A stretch of DNA of 64,000 nt from Candidatus Pelearchaeum maunauluense (GTDB lineage: Archaea > Thermoproteota > Nitrososphaeria_A > Caldarchaeales > Caldarchaeaceae): NCBI GenBank assembly GCA_030059675.1, contig JANVYQ010000001.1, forward strand, positions 32,001 through 96,000, read 5' to 3'. Within the stretch, counting starts at the first letter, position 1; each line of letters opens with the position of its first letter. Shown here piece by piece: positions 47,366 through 58,497 of the stretch. A model generated the notes under the pieces. The model did no database searches. It worked only from the letters and a program-made list of their open reading frames with translations, and was not told the DNA's origin. The translations under genes and the position numbers were made by a program.

Positions 47366-50020
47366 TTATATCGTTATTGGTGCTTTCTCCTTCCGCGCTA
47401 TTGCAGCCTGCGCAGCTGCTAGGCGCGCTACTGGTATTCGGTAGGGTGAGCAGCTTACGTAGTCAAGACCTGCTTCGTGGAAGAACCTTATACTACTCGG
47501 CTCTCCGCCGTGTTCGCCGCATATACCTACTTCAAGCTTGTTGTTGGCTTTCTTGCCCTCTTCTGTAGCGAGCTTTACGAGCCTACCCACGCCGCCTGTG
47601 TCTAGCACCTCAAACGGGTTGTTCTTGAGAATCCCTTTCTCCAGATAGCCAGCCATGAACTTGGCCTCAACATCATCACGACTAAAGCCGAAGGTCGTCT
47701 GGGTTAAGTCGTTAGTCCCGAATGAGAAGAAGTCAGCGTGGAGGGCTATGCTGGAAGCGGTAAGCGCTGCTCTTGGGGTCTCTATCATGGTCCCGACCTT
47801 GAACGGTATCCTAGCGCCAGTCTTGGAGAAGACACGCTCAGCGGTCTTCTCTATAATCTCCCTCAAATACGCGAGCTCATTCGCCTCGCTGACTAGAGGT
47901 AGCATTATCTGAACTCCAACGGTCTCGCACTCCTCGCGAAGCACCTCTATGGCTGCTGTGAGTATTGCTGTTACCTGCATCTCGTATATCTCTGGATACC
48001 TAATCGCCAGCCTGCATCCGCGATGCCCTAGCATGGGGTTATGCTCCTTAAGCTGCTGCACCTTACGTAGTATCTTTTCCTTCTCAGCTATCTCGCTCTC
48101 AGGCGCTCCCTTGATGCGCATCTCGTATATCTCGGTTATTAGCTGCTCCGCTGGTGGGAGGAACTCGTGGAGAGGCAGGTCTAGGAGCCTCACGGTAACG
48201 GGCAGCCCCTTCATGGCCTTGAATATCTCCTTGAAGTCCGCTAGCTGGAATGGTAGTAGCTTGTCTAGTGCCCGTCTCCTCTCCTCTTCTGACGCTGCCA
48301 TTATCATCTCTCTGACTATCGGCAGTCTCTCTGGCTGGTTGAACATCCTCTCGGTTCTGCACAGCCCTATACCCTCAGCGCCAAACTCGCGCGCCTTGCG
48401 CGCTGCTTCTGGTGTGTCAGCGTTAGCCCTGACGCCGAGACGCCTCATCTCGTCAGCCCACGCAAGGAGCTTACGGAACTCTGGCGTAAGCTCAGGCTCT
48501 ACTGTCGGCACCTCGCCGAGGATGACAGCGCCGCTAGTACCGTCTATCGTTATGACGTCCCCCTTCCTGACCCTAACGCCGCCCCCCGTCTCGAAGTATT
48601 CTTCCTCCATGTTGATTTTTATGCTCTCGCAGCCTACGACCGCTGGCTTGCCCATACCGCGCGCAACCACCGCCGCGTGCGAGGTCATTCCTCCCCTGCT
48701 CGTCAATACTCCCTGAGCAGCTATCATACCCTTGATGTCATCGGGCGTGGTCTCAGGCCTGACGAGGATTACTTTCTCACCCTTACCCCCCAGAGCGGCG
48801 GCCTCGTCCGTGTCGAAGATTACTTTCCCTGAAGCAGCGCCAGGCGAGGCGTTGAGTCCTTTTGCTATGGGCTTCACCTTCACGCTGGGGTCTAGCCTCC
48901 TGTGCAGGAGCTGCATAATCTCCGACGGGTTTATCCGCGATACAGCCTCCTCGCGCGTTATCAGCCCCTCCTCAGCCATGTCTACGGCTATCTTAACAGC
49001 AGCCTGCGCTGTTCTCTTACCGTTGCGGGTTTGGAGTAGGTAGAGCCTACCATTCTCCACGGTGAATTCGAAGTCCTGCATATCGCGGAAATGATGCTCC
49101 AGCTTCTCCGCCAGCTTAACGAGCTCTTCATACAGCTTCTTATCTAGGTTCTCTATGCTTATCGGCGTCCTAATCCCAGCCACCACATCCTCGCCCTGCG
49201 AGTTGGGCAGATACTCACCATACAGCCTCTTCTCACCCGTCGATGGGTTACGCGTAAAGCCCACACCCGAGCCAGAGTTCTCACCCATGTTGCCGAAGAC
49301 CATGACCTGTATATTGACAGCCGTACCTAGGTCGTCTGGAATCTTGTAGAACCTCCGATACTCGCGTGCCCTTGGGTTGTTCCATGACTTGAAGACAGCT
49401 TCTATCGCTGTCTCGAGCTGTTTCCAAGGGTCTTGCGGGAATCCTCTACCCGTTTCGCGGCTTATGAGCTGCTTGAACTCTTCGACTATCTGTTTAAGAG
49501 CGTCTGGCGGTAGCTCTATGTCGTGCTTCACGCCGAACTTCTGCTTGTAGCGTTCTAGTATTTCCTCGAAGAGCTCGCCCTTAACTCCCATGGCTGTCTT
49601 GCCGAACATCTGTATAAGCCGTCTGTATGCATCGTACGCGAATCGCTCATTACCCGTTAGCTTTGCTAGTGATTTGACTACCTCGTCGTTGAGCCCTATG
49701 TTGAGTATTGTGTCCATCATGCCTGGCATGGAGTAGGGGGCGCCAGACCTTACCGCTAGGAGGAGAGGCTTCTCAGGGTCGCCGAACCCCTTACCAACCT
49801 TCGCAGCCAACTTCTCCAGCTTGAGCTTGACCTCATCCAACAGGCCTTCAGGCATCTTACCTCCGAGAGCATAGTAGCGTTTGCAGGCTTCGGTGCTGAT
49901 GTTTATTCCAGGTGGAACTGGGAGGCCGAGAGCAGTCATCTCCACAAGACCATAACCCTTACCCCCCAGCTCAAACCTGCTAAGACCCACCGCCTCCTCA
50001 AACAGCCTAACATATTTCAT
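47366..50020 (-). CDS. ppdK: Pyruvate, phosphate dikinase
   Basis: LGGKG, VRSGA..SMPGMMDT, GGMTSHAAVVARG, GLCRTE, SFGTNDLTQ. Confidence 0.97.
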   Translation of the reverse strand: MKYVRLFEEAVGLSRFELGGKGYGLVEMTALGLPVPPGINISTEACKRYYALGGKMPEGLLDEVKLKLEKLAAKVGKGFGDPEKPLLLAVRSGAPYSMPGMMDTILNIGLNDEVVKSLAKLTGNERFAYDAYRRLIQMFGKTAMGVKGELFEEILERYKQKFGVKHDIELPPDALKQIVEEFKQLISRETGRGFPQDPWKQLETAIEAVFKSWNNPRAREYRRFYKIPDDLGTAVNIQVMVFGNMGENSGSGVGFTRNPSTGEKRLYGEYLPNSQGEDVVAGIRTPISIENLDKKLYEELVKLAEKLEHHFRDMQDFEFTVENGRLYLLQTRNGKRTAQAAVKIAVDMAEEGLITREEAVSRINPSEIMQLLHRRLDPSVKVKPIAKGLNASPGAASGKVIFDTDEAAALGGKGEKVILVRPETTPDDIKGMIAAQGVLTSRGGMTSHAAVVARGMGKPAVVGCESIKINMEEEYFETGGGVRVRKGDVITIDGTSGAVILGEVPTVEPELTPEFRKLLAWADEMRRLGVRANADTPEAARKAREFGAEGIGLCRTERMFNQPERLPIVREMIMAASEEERRRALDKLLPFQLADFKEIFKAMKGLPVTVRLLDLPLHEFLPPAEQLITEIYEMRIKGAPESEIAEKEKILRKVQQLKEHNPMLGHRGCRLAIRYPEIYEMQVTAILTAAIEVLREECETVGVQIMLPLVSEANELAYLREIIEKTAERVFSKTGARIPFKVGTMIETPRAALTASSIALHADFFSFGTNDLTQTTFGFSRDDVEAKFMAGYLEKGILKNNPFEVLDTGGVGRLVKLATEEGKKANNKLEVGICGEHGGEPSSIRFFHEAGLDYVSCSPYRIPVARLAAAQAAIARKEKAPITI

Positions 50021-50136
50021 AAAGTACCGCCGAGTAATGATTGAACTATGTAGAATTTAAGTGATGTAGCGAAATTTCCGTTATTTACATAAGCTAATTT
50101 ATCACGGTTACCGGATGGGATTAAAATATATACAGT

Positions 50137-52071
50137 CTATTGCTGTTTCCGCGTAAGAGTCTTAATCGCCTCCTTAACCTCTTCTACGGAGGCCTCGTCC
50201 TCAAGCGTGGTTACATCGCCTATCTCGGCGCCTGTGGCCACTGCCTTTATGACGCGGCGCATTATCTTCCCGCTCCTCGTCTTGGGCAGCATGCTGACGA
50301 AGTGTATCTCCTCAGGCGTGGCTATAGGACCTATGACGCGCCTGACATGCTCGCGGAGCTCCCTGGCCAGCTCCTCAGATGGCTTATGGCCCTGCCTGAG
50401 GGTTACGAATGCTATTATCGCCTCGCCCTTTACTGGGTCTGGTCTTCCAGCCACAGCAGCCTCGGCCACCGCTGGATGGCTTGTCAACGCGTCCTCAATC
50501 TCGATTGTTCCAAGCCTGTGTCCAGCCACCTTTAGAACCTCATCAGCCCTCCCCAGAAGCCAGAAGTAACCATCCTTATCCCTCATGGCATAGTCGCCAG
50601 GATAGTATATCCCTGGGAAGCGCGACCAGTAGACCTGCTTATAGCGTTCGGGGTCTTTGTATAGTGTCATGAGCATCCCTGGCCAGGGCTTCTTGATTAC
50701 CAGGTATCCTTTCTCGCCCAGCTTCGAGGGCCTGCCCTGCTCATCCACCACGTCGGCCTCGATTCCTGGTAGTGGGAATGTTGCGGAGCCTGGCTTGAGC
50801 GGGACTAGGCCTATGTTAGGCGCTGGTGATATTAATATCCCGCCAGTCTCGGTCTGCCACCACGTATCAACTATCGGGCACCTGCCTCCGCCTATCACGT
50901 TATAATACCAGTGCCACGCAGCTGGGTTTATCGGCTCCCCCACGGTTCCGAGAAGTCGGAGCGTGCTCAAATCATGCTTACGCGGATACTCCTCACCAAA
51001 CTTCATTAAAGCCCTTATAGCGGTTGGAGTGGTGTAGAGTATCGTAACACCGTAGCGTTCTACAATCTCCCACCACCTATCGGGAGCAGGATAGTCGGGA
51101 GCGCCTTCATACATCACCGAGGTAACGCCGTTGGTCAGGGGGCCGAAGACGATGTAGCTATGGCCTGTAACCCAGCCTATGTCGGCGGTGCACCAGTATA
51201 CGTCGTCATCCCTCACGTCGAACACCCAGCGCTGCGTCGCATAGACGTACACTAGGTATCCCCCAGTGCTGTGCACCACGCCCTTCGGCTTGCCTGTGGT
51301 TCCAGAGGTGTAGAGTATGTAGAGCGGGTACGTGGATTCCAGGGAGACTGGCTCAACATACCGTTCAGCGTCCTTCATCAACTCGTGCCACCAGTGGTCG
51401 CGGCCTTCTTCCATCTGAATCTCACGTCCTATGCGTTGGTAGATGATTACATGCTCTATTGATGGGCAGTCCTTCAGGGCTTCGTCTGCTATCTCCTTTA
51501 GCTGTATCATGCGGCCGCGCCTATAGCCCCCGTCTGCCGTTATGAGGACTTTGGCCTCGGAGTCTCTTATCCTGTCAGCCAGCGCTGAGGAGCTGAAGCC
51601 TGAGAAGACTACGGTAAAGGTGGCGCCTATACGCGCGGCTGCGAGCATGGCTATTGGGAGCTCTGGGACCATCGGCATGTATATCGCCACCCTGTCTCCC
51701 GTCTTGACGCCCAGCTTGAGAAGCACGCTGGCGAACCTATTGACCTCGCGGTATAGGTCTGCGTATGTTAAGACGCGTCTATCTCCTGGCTCTCCCTCCC
51801 AGATGATTGCTGCCTTATTCTTCCTCCAGCTCTTTACATGCCTATCAACAGCGTTGTATGAGGCGTTAAGCCTTCCTCCCACGAACCACTTGGCGAAAGG
51901 CGGGTCCCACTCAAGCACTTTATCCCATGTCCTGAACCAGACAAGCTCTGAAGCTACCTCAGACCAGAACCTCTCCCCATCCTCAAGGGAGCGCTTGTAA
52001 AACTCCAGATACTTGTTAGTTGGAATTATGCGCGCCTCAACATCTATACTCCCCAAATCAACGGCGCACAT
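50137..52071 (-). CDS. acs: Acetyl-CoA synthetase (AMP-forming)
   Basis: [32 protein letters not shown]. Confidence 0.95.
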   Translation of the reverse strand: MCAVDLGSIDVEARIIPTNKYLEFYKRSLEDGERFWSEVASELVWFRTWDKVLEWDPPFAKWFVGGRLNASYNAVDRHVKSWRKNKAAIIWEGEPGDRRVLTYADLYREVNRFASVLLKLGVKTGDRVAIYMPMVPELPIAMLAAARIGATFTVVFSGFSSSALADRIRDSEAKVLITADGGYRRGRMIQLKEIADEALKDCPSIEHVIIYQRIGREIQMEEGRDHWWHELMKDAERYVEPVSLESTYPLYILYTSGTTGKPKGVVHSTGGYLVYVYATQRWVFDVRDDDVYWCTADIGWVTGHSYIVFGPLTNGVTSVMYEGAPDYPAPDRWWEIVERYGVTILYTTPTAIRALMKFGEEYPRKHDLSTLRLLGTVGEPINPAAWHWYYNVIGGGRCPIVDTWWQTETGGILISPAPNIGLVPLKPGSATFPLPGIEADVVDEQGRPSKLGEKGYLVIKKPWPGMLMTLYKDPERYKQVYWSRFPGIYYPGDYAMRDKDGYFWLLGRADEVLKVAGHRLGTIEIEDALTSHPAVAEAAVAGRPDPVKGEAIIAFVTLRQGHKPSEELARELREHVRRVIGPIATPEEIHFVSMLPKTRSGKIMRRVIKAVATGAEIGDVTTLEDEASVEEVKEAIKTLTRKQQ

Positions 52072-52207
52072 ATCAAGGCTTTTACATAATCGTATGTGAT
52101 GGATAAATTTTTCCAGCGTAATTGCGGATATTATGGGCTTTAAGATGCTAATTAGACGGTGGTCTAGACACCCTGCTCAATAAATAAGAAGGAGGGGGAT
52201 TATTGGT

Positions 52208-54571
52208 TTATTTGGCTATTCCCTTCTCTTTGAGTATGCGCCAGACGGTCTCGGCTTTGAGTGGTGGGTCTATGTGCCTAACGCCTAGGTGTGCGAGTGC
52301 ATCAACAACCGCGTTGACTACTGCTTGTGTTGCTGCGATTGTTCCCGTCTCGCCTACTCCCTTGACTCCAAGCGGGTTGTGTGGTGAGGGTGTCTCGGTG
52401 CTGCTCGTCTCTATGCGCGGCACGTCTGCCGAGGTTGGCACAGCATAGTCGGAGAGCGTGGCCGTTAGTAGGTTTCCATCCTTGTCGTAGACGGCCTCCT
52501 CCCAGAGAGCCTGCGCCATACCCTGAACGACGCCGCCCTGAACCTGTCCCTCCACTATCATCGGGTTAATCTGCCTACCACAGTCATCAACCGCCACATA
52601 CCTCTTGACATGCACCTCACCCGTCTCTGGGTCTACCTCAACGACGCATACATGCGTGCCGAATGGGAAGGTGAAGTTCTCTGGGTCGTAGAATGCTGTG
52701 CTCTCAAGCCCAGGCTCCATGCCTGCTGGCAGCTCTCCCTCTCCAGCCAGGTAGCTGGAGAGCGCTATCTCAGCTATTGTTTTTGCCCTCTCTGGCGCGT
52801 CCTTGACATAGAACTTGCCGCGCTCAAACTCTATGTCCTCCTCGCTGGCCTCAAGGAGGTAGGCGGCTATCTTCTTGGCCTTCTCCTTAATCCTCCTACA
52901 CGCTATCGCTATCGCGCCTCCTGCTACTGGCGTTGTTCTGCTTCCATACGTCCCAGTGCCGAAGGGTATCATGGCGGTGTCTCCATGGACTACCTCCACA
53001 TCCTCAAACGGCACTCCCAGCTCTTCCGCTACAATCTGGGCGAAGGTTGTCTCCTCTCCCTGGCCGTGTGGGTGGCCGCCTGTGTAGACGGTTACCTTCC
53101 CCGTTGGATGGACCCTCACGACGGCGCTCTCCCATAGCCCTAGGCCGAAGCCAGTAGCGCGCACAACGCGCGAGGGCCCTAGGCCGCATATCTCTACGTA
53201 GCTGGAGATTCCGATGCCTATGAGCCTGCCCTGCTCCCTGAGCCGTTTCTGCTCTTCGCGGAGCTGCTGGTAGCCCACTAGTTCTAGGGCCTTGTTGAGA
53301 GCCGCCTCGTAGTTGCCGCTGTCGTACTGTAGGCCTGTGGCTACCGTGTATGGGAATGCATCAGGCGGTATGAAGTTCTTCCTCCTCACCTCGGCTGGGT
53401 CCATACCGAGCTCATGCGCCAGTATATCCACCATCCGCTCAACTATGAACGAGGCCTCTGGCCTGCCAGCCCCCCTATACGCATCAACGGGCGCGGTGTT
53501 TGTGAGAACGCCATAGACCTCACAGCTTATAGCTGGTATCTTATAACACCCGCTCAGCATCGTCCCGAGTAGTATCGTGGGTATTCCTGGTGATGCTGTT
53601 GAGAGATACGCCCCTAGGTTTGCGTATGCCTTGACCCGTAGGCCGAGTATTGTTCCATCACGCTTGGCAGCGAGCTCCACGTATTGTATGTGGTCGCGGC
53701 CGTGTATTGTGGCGAGATAATTCTCGCGGCGGTCTTCCATCCACTTGACTGGCCTACCAAGCTCCTTAGCCAGGAACGCTACTACAGCCTCGCCCCCGTA
53801 GCAGTGTATCTTGCTCCCGAAGCCGCCGCCAACATCCGGAGCCACGACGCGCAGCTTATGCTCAGGCACACCCACAATACCAGCTAACAACAATCGGTGT
53901 ATATGCGGGTTCTGCGAGGTCATCCAGACAGTAAGCTCCCCAGTGGCTTGGTTGTACTGCGCCACAGCGCCACGAGTCTCTATCGCAGTGGGCTGTAGCC
54001 TGTTGTTTATGATGCGCTGCTTAATCACCACCTCAGCCTCGGCAAACGCCTTCTCAACATCTCCACCGCTTATGCTCCAGTGGAACGCTATGTTGTTCGG
54101 CACGTCATCATAGAGCTGGGGCGCTTCTGGCTTTACTGCCTCCTCCTGATTAACAACCGCTGGGAGCCGCTCATACTCAACCTCTATTTGCTCCAAAGCG
54201 TCGCGAGCAACGTATGGGCTCTCCGCAACAACAACAGCAACGGGGTCGCCGACGTAGCGCACCCTATCAACGGCAAGCGGCATGTACTTCGGAACCTTCA
54301 GGTCTGCATTCGGTATAGCCCAAGCACACGGTACTGGGCCTAGCTTGTTCTCCAAATCCTTACCAGTATAGACCGCTATGACGCCAGGCACCTTCCTGGC
54401 CTTCTCAACGTTTATGCTCACTATCTTGGCGTGGGCGTATGGGCTTCTGAGAAACATGGCGTATACCATTCCTGATAGCTTTATGTCGTCGGTGTATCTG
54501 CCCTGGCCTGTTATCATGCGCGGGTCTTCGCGCCGCTTGACTCTTGCTCCGAAAATCGCGCTTACCGCCAC
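52208..54571 (-). CDS. CoxL-like Mo-hydroxylase large subunit (form II-type motif)
   Basis: [28 protein letters not shown]. Confidence 0.9.
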   Translation of the reverse strand: MAVSAIFGARVKRREDPRMITGQGRYTDDIKLSGMVYAMFLRSPYAHAKIVSINVEKARKVPGVIAVYTGKDLENKLGPVPCAWAIPNADLKVPKYMPLAVDRVRYVGDPVAVVVAESPYVARDALEQIEVEYERLPAVVNQEEAVKPEAPQLYDDVPNNIAFHWSISGGDVEKAFAEAEVVIKQRIINNRLQPTAIETRGAVAQYNQATGELTVWMTSQNPHIHRLLLAGIVGVPEHKLRVVAPDVGGGFGSKIHCYGGEAVVAFLAKELGRPVKWMEDRRENYLATIHGRDHIQYVELAAKRDGTILGLRVKAYANLGAYLSTASPGIPTILLGTMLSGCYKIPAISCEVYGVLTNTAPVDAYRGAGRPEASFIVERMVDILAHELGMDPAEVRRKNFIPPDAFPYTVATGLQYDSGNYEAALNKALELVGYQQLREEQKRLREQGRLIGIGISSYVEICGLGPSRVVRATGFGLGLWESAVVRVHPTGKVTVYTGGHPHGQGEETTFAQIVAEELGVPFEDVEVVHGDTAMIPFGTGTYGSRTTPVAGGAIAIACRRIKEKAKKIAAYLLEASEEDIEFERGKFYVKDAPERAKTIAEIALSSYLAGEGELPAGMEPGLESTAFYDPENFTFPFGTHVCVVEVDPETGEVHVKRYVAVDDCGRQINPMIVEGQVQGGVVQGMAQALWEEAVYDKDGNLLTATLSDYAVPTSADVPRIETSSTETPSPHNPLGVKGVGETGTIAATQAVVNAVVDALAHLGVRHIDPPLKAETVWRILKEKGIAK

Positions 54572-54574
54572 GCC

Positions 54575-55126
54575 TTACCTCACCTCCTGCTGCTGGCCGC
54601 GCATCTGCTCAGCCGCAGCAAGCACGGCCTCAACTATCTTCTGGTAGCCTGTGCAGCGGCAGAGGTTTCCAGAGAGCCCCCTGCGTACATCCTCCTCGGT
54701 TGGGCTTGGGTTCTGGGTTAGCAGCCAGTACGCCTGCATGAGCATTCCAGGCGTGCAGAAGCCACACTGCAAGCCGTGATGCTCCCAGAAGGCCTGCTGT
54801 ACAGGATGCAGCTCGCCGTCGCGCGCCAGACCTTCCACCGTGAGTATCTCAGCACCATCAGCCTGCACAGCAAAGATGTTGCACGACTTCACGGACTTCC
54901 CGTCCATTATCACCGTACAAGCCCCGCAGTTGCCTGTATCGCATCCCACGTGAGTGCCTGTCAAGCCCAGCACATCGCGGATGAAGTGGACTAGCAGCAT
55001 ACGTGGCTCCACCTCAGCAGAGTATTGGACGCCGTTTACCTTGACGTTTATCTTGGCTAGCTGGGCTGTTGGTGGCGCTGCTTTTGCGCGCGGCTTCCTC
55101 CTGTCTACACGCTTCTTTCGCGGCAT
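54575..55126 (-). CDS. CoxS-like 2Fe-2S subunit
   Basis: [26 protein letters not shown]. Confidence 0.93.
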   Translation of the reverse strand: MPRKKRVDRRKPRAKAAPPTAQLAKINVKVNGVQYSAEVEPRMLLVHFIRDVLGLTGTHVGCDTGNCGACTVIMDGKSVKSCNIFAVQADGAEILTVEGLARDGELHPVQQAFWEHHGLQCGFCTPGMLMQAYWLLTQNPSPTEEDVRRGLSGNLCRCTGYQKIVEAVLAAAEQMRGQQQEVR

Positions 55127-55132
55127 GTTGCA

Positions 55133-56008
55133 TCACCCTCCACGCGCCCTGCTTAGGGCTTGCTTGACGGCTCTCCGCGTGAGAACGCGCGCCATGGCTC
55201 TGCGGAACTCTGCGCTGCCCCTCAGCGGGTCGTCAAATGGTTTCGCATCCTCGGCGGCTGCTTCTGCCGCTTCGTCTATAACCTCGTCGGTAAGCTCGCG
55301 GCCGACTAGGGCTTCTTCCGCCTTCTTAGCTCTAAGGCTAGTAGGACCAAGCGCTGTCAGCCCTATCCCAGCGTATTTGCATGTTCCGTCTGGGCTTATG
55401 GTTATCTGGGCCGCTACGCCAGCTATCGCGAAATCTCCCGCGCGGCGCTCCATCTTGAGATACGCTCCGCCGCTCCCCTCTGGGGGTGTCGGTATCCTTA
55501 TCTCGGTTATCAGCTCATTAGGCTTGAGCGCTGGCGTGAAAGCATCTACGAAAAAGTTATCCGCCTTTATTGTGCGCTGGCCGCGTGGGCCTGCTACGCG
55601 TATCTCTCCGCGTAGTGCTAGGATTACCGCTCCCCAGTCTCCCGCTGGGTCGCAGTGGGCTAAGGCGCCGCCTATGGTTCCTAGATTCCTGACCTGCGGG
55701 TCGCCTATATGCGAGGCGGCCTCAGCCATTATTGGGACACGCTCTCTTATGAGCTCGGACTTCTCTATCGTGCTGTGCCTAGTCAAGGCGCCTATCTGAA
55801 TCACTCCCCTCCCAGCCTTGATGTACTCCAGCCCCTTTATCTTGTTGAGGTCTATCAGATACGCTGGAGTAGCCAGGCGTAACTTCATCATGGGAACTAA
55901 ACTCTGCCCACCAGCAATAACCTTAGCTTCTCCACGCAGCTTATTGAGCAGACTTATCGCATCCTTAACCGATTTTGGTGCAAAATACTGAAAACTTTTT
56001 GGATACAT
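55133..56008 (-). CDS. CoxM-like FAD-binding subunit
   Basis: AGGQSLVPMMKLR, QVRNLGTIGG. Confidence 0.93.
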   Translation of the reverse strand: MYPKSFQYFAPKSVKDAISLLNKLRGEAKVIAGGQSLVPMMKLRLATPAYLIDLNKIKGLEYIKAGRGVIQIGALTRHSTIEKSELIRERVPIMAEAASHIGDPQVRNLGTIGGALAHCDPAGDWGAVILALRGEIRVAGPRGQRTIKADNFFVDAFTPALKPNELITEIRIPTPPEGSGGAYLKMERRAGDFAIAGVAAQITISPDGTCKYAGIGLTALGPTSLRAKKAEEALVGRELTDEVIDEAAEAAAEDAKPFDDPLRGSAEFRRAMARVLTRRAVKQALSRARGG

Positions 56009-56065
56009 TTCCTTTTCAAGTAAATAATTGAAAGTTCCTCCCCCGATAAAAGCTTTTAATATAAA

Positions 56066-57085
56066 CTAAATTTGCAGAAAATTAGAGCAGCGCTCAATTA
56101 TGGTTATTATGTCTTGCTTTGATACGGCTCTTCTAGGCTGTGGGTAAAGAAGCGGAATAACGCAGTTCTTGGTATATTGCTTGAGTTTTTCCCACGTTTC
56201 CTCCTCTTGGTCAGCGACGATTGAGACCGCTTCAACCAGCTCCTCTGATATTGCTTTTATCGCTTTCTCCCGCTCTCCAGCTCTCCATAGCCTATCCACC
56301 TCCTCAGCCACATCGCCGTAGCCCATGACGTTGAGTATCCTCCTATATGTGGGTGCTGCGCAGTAGAATGCGACTGAGCGCCGAAGCTCGGTTAGCGCAT
56401 CATCGCTGGAGGAGGCTGAAGATAACACGAATGAGTATAGGCGTAAATCCTCAAGCCTGCGGCCTGACTCGCTAGCTCCTTTCTCCACATTCTCGCGTAT
56501 GAATGACATTGCTTTGGGGGAGAACATGTTTAGTATAATGCCGTCCGCCATCTTTCCCGCTAGTTGGAGCATTTTCTCGTTCAGCGCCGCCACGTATATT
56601 TTTGGCGTGTGTTGCGTCTTAACCCAAAGCCGCATATCCTTTATGTTGAAGAACTCTCCCGCGAAGCTTACGCGACAGCCAGAGAGGTAGCCGCGTATTA
56701 TGCTGAGATACTCCTCCATCCTCTTGACTGGTTTTGATGCTGCTACTCCATGCCCGCGTGTGGTGAACTCAAGCCCTCCAGCGCCCAGCCCAAGGATGAA
56801 CCTACCGCCGCTCAGCTCGCTTAGCGTGGCGGCCTCCATAGCCATCGTGAGAGGCGTCCTAGAATAGATACTAACTATCGCCGTCCCCAGCGTAATCCTA
56901 CCAGTCCTGCCAGCGGCGTATGCCAGCGTGCTGAAGCCCGAACGCCCTATCTCCTCGGTAACCCACATGCTTGAGTATCCAGCCTTCTCGGCTGTTGATG
57001 CTACCTCCGCATACTCGGCCGCTATGAGGTCTACACTTCTGGTGCATACGCCCAGCTCCATGCCCAGCTCACATGCGTTAATCAC
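56066..57085 (-). CDS. LLM-class flavin/F420-dependent oxidoreductase
   Basis: GYSSMWVTE, LSELSGGRFILGLG, IYVAAL..MLQLAGKMADG. Confidence 0.85.
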   Translation of the reverse strand: MINACELGMELGVCTRSVDLIAAEYAEVASTAEKAGYSSMWVTEEIGRSGFSTLAYAAGRTGRITLGTAIVSIYSRTPLTMAMEAATLSELSGGRFILGLGAGGLEFTTRGHGVAASKPVKRMEEYLSIIRGYLSGCRVSFAGEFFNIKDMRLWVKTQHTPKIYVAALNEKMLQLAGKMADGIILNMFSPKAMSFIRENVEKGASESGRRLEDLRLYSFVLSSASSSDDALTELRRSVAFYCAAPTYRRILNVMGYGDVAEEVDRLWRAGEREKAIKAISEELVEAVSIVADQEEETWEKLKQYTKNCVIPLLYPQPRRAVSKQDIITIIERCSNFLQI

Positions 57086-58080
57086 TCATAAACCGTCTTG
57101 TTCAGCTCTGCTAGTCGTTGGAGTTGCTCCACCATGATCCGCCTGTTCTTCCGCCGCTCCTCCGCCTCCCGCCACCTCGCCAGCTCGTTCTCCGTTTCTG
57201 GCCTGTATGGCGGCACCTCGCTTGGCCTACCATCTCTCCCTATATGGACAAACGTTAGATGCGCCGTGCTTGCGTGCCGCCTGCGGCCAGTGTAGGGGTT
57301 CTCCGCGATTATCTTCGCACCAACCTCAAGCGAGGTTCTACCCACATGGTTTAAGGCAACCTCTATATCAATTATATCGCCCACCCTTATCGGGTAGTAG
57401 AAGACCATGCCATCCACAGAGCCCGTGAGAACTATGCCTCTACAGTATCTGCTTGCTATGGTGCCCGCCAGTTCGTCTAGGAGGAGGAGCATCTTGCCCC
57501 CGAACATATACTCTCCATAGAGGGCGTCATCAGCAAGAACTATCCGCGAAACCCTGCGGCGCCACCGCGAGTCTGGCGCATACTCGGAGACGTCCAGGCC
57601 GTATTCATGTCTCTTCGCGATGCTTCTTCTCCTATTCTCCCACCGCTTAACGGCCTGCTCGTATATCTCACGCTCCTGCTCGCGCGGCCTTATCTTGGTA
57701 TGCACCTCGCGCGGCTCCCCACGCGCGTCAGTAGCTACGAAAGCCATATGCGATAGCGTTGTGAGGGAACTTTCACCCGTGAGCGGGTTCTCCGAATATG
57801 CCTCAACACCAATCTCCATAGAAGCCCTGCCGACATACTCAACCCAAGACCTGACGAGAACCATGCTGCCGATCTTCACGGGGTTTATGAAGAAAATGCT
57901 GTCAAGCGCTCCCAGCGTAGCGCTGCCGCGCGAGAGCTTCACAGCAGCAAGCGCAGCGGTTGTTACCATCCAGTTCATCATATAGCCGCCGTGAAGCATG
58001 CCCATACTATTGGCATGCTCGGGTAGAACACCAAAAATTGACTCAACAACGGTATCCTTAATCGCAACGCTATTTCCCAT
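57082..58080 (-). CDS. Acyl-CoA thioesterase (double hotdog)
   Basis: HANSMGMLHGG and MFGGKMLLLLDE hotdog repeats; VGRASMEI / VGRTSLEV. Confidence 0.9.
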   Translation of the reverse strand: MGNSVAIKDTVVESIFGVLPEHANSMGMLHGGYMMNWMVTTAALAAVKLSRGSATLGALDSIFFINPVKIGSMVLVRSWVEYVGRASMEIGVEAYSENPLTGESSLTTLSHMAFVATDARGEPREVHTKIRPREQEREIYEQAVKRWENRRRSIAKRHEYGLDVSEYAPDSRWRRRVSRIVLADDALYGEYMFGGKMLLLLDELAGTIASRYCRGIVLTGSVDGMVFYYPIRVGDIIDIEVALNHVGRTSLEVGAKIIAENPYTGRRRHASTAHLTFVHIGRDGRPSEVPPYRPETENELARWREAEERRKNRRIMVEQLQRLAELNKTVYE

Positions 58081-58233
58081 GCAAATTCACCAGCATAAAA
58101 CAGCGTTTAATTAGGATAGCTCAATAATAAACTGCGTGATTCTTAAAATATCGCAAACAATCGCGGGGAGTTTTTAATATTGGTTGTGATTTTTATCTAT
58201 ATATCCTACTCTTCGCTGCGGCGTTTTACAGAC

Positions 58234-58497
58234 ATGCTGCGGAAAACATTAGCTGTATTGTTGGTGTTGATGCTCCTTGCTAGTTTTACCGTAGTGGCTG
58301 CTAATGGTGATGAAGATGAGGAGGAAAAGGAGAAAGGCGGCGAGGCTGGAAGGGGCGGTGAGAGAGAGGCAGGCGAAGGCGGCTCAACAGGCCTGGCCAA
58401 CATGGTCTTCATGCTAACAGTAGCAGCGATAATAGGCGTTGTAGCCTACACACCAATCCAGACAATCTGGCTGAAGCCGCGTAGCAAAAATGTCTAA
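58234..58497 (+). CDS. Small exported/membrane protein with acidic loop
   Basis: Signal peptide, DEDEEEKE stretch, C-terminal TM. Confidence 0.5.
   Translation: MLRKTLAVLLVLMLLASFTVVAANGDEDEEEKEKGGEAGRGGEREAGEGGSTGLANMVFMLTVAAIIGVVAYTPIQTIWLKPRSKNV

Noticed and set aside
54954-55799. Long antisense ORFs (this one and, for example, 40736-41551, 47949-48716, 11663-12680)
   Set aside because: Opposite-strand shadows of well-supported genes; no motifs
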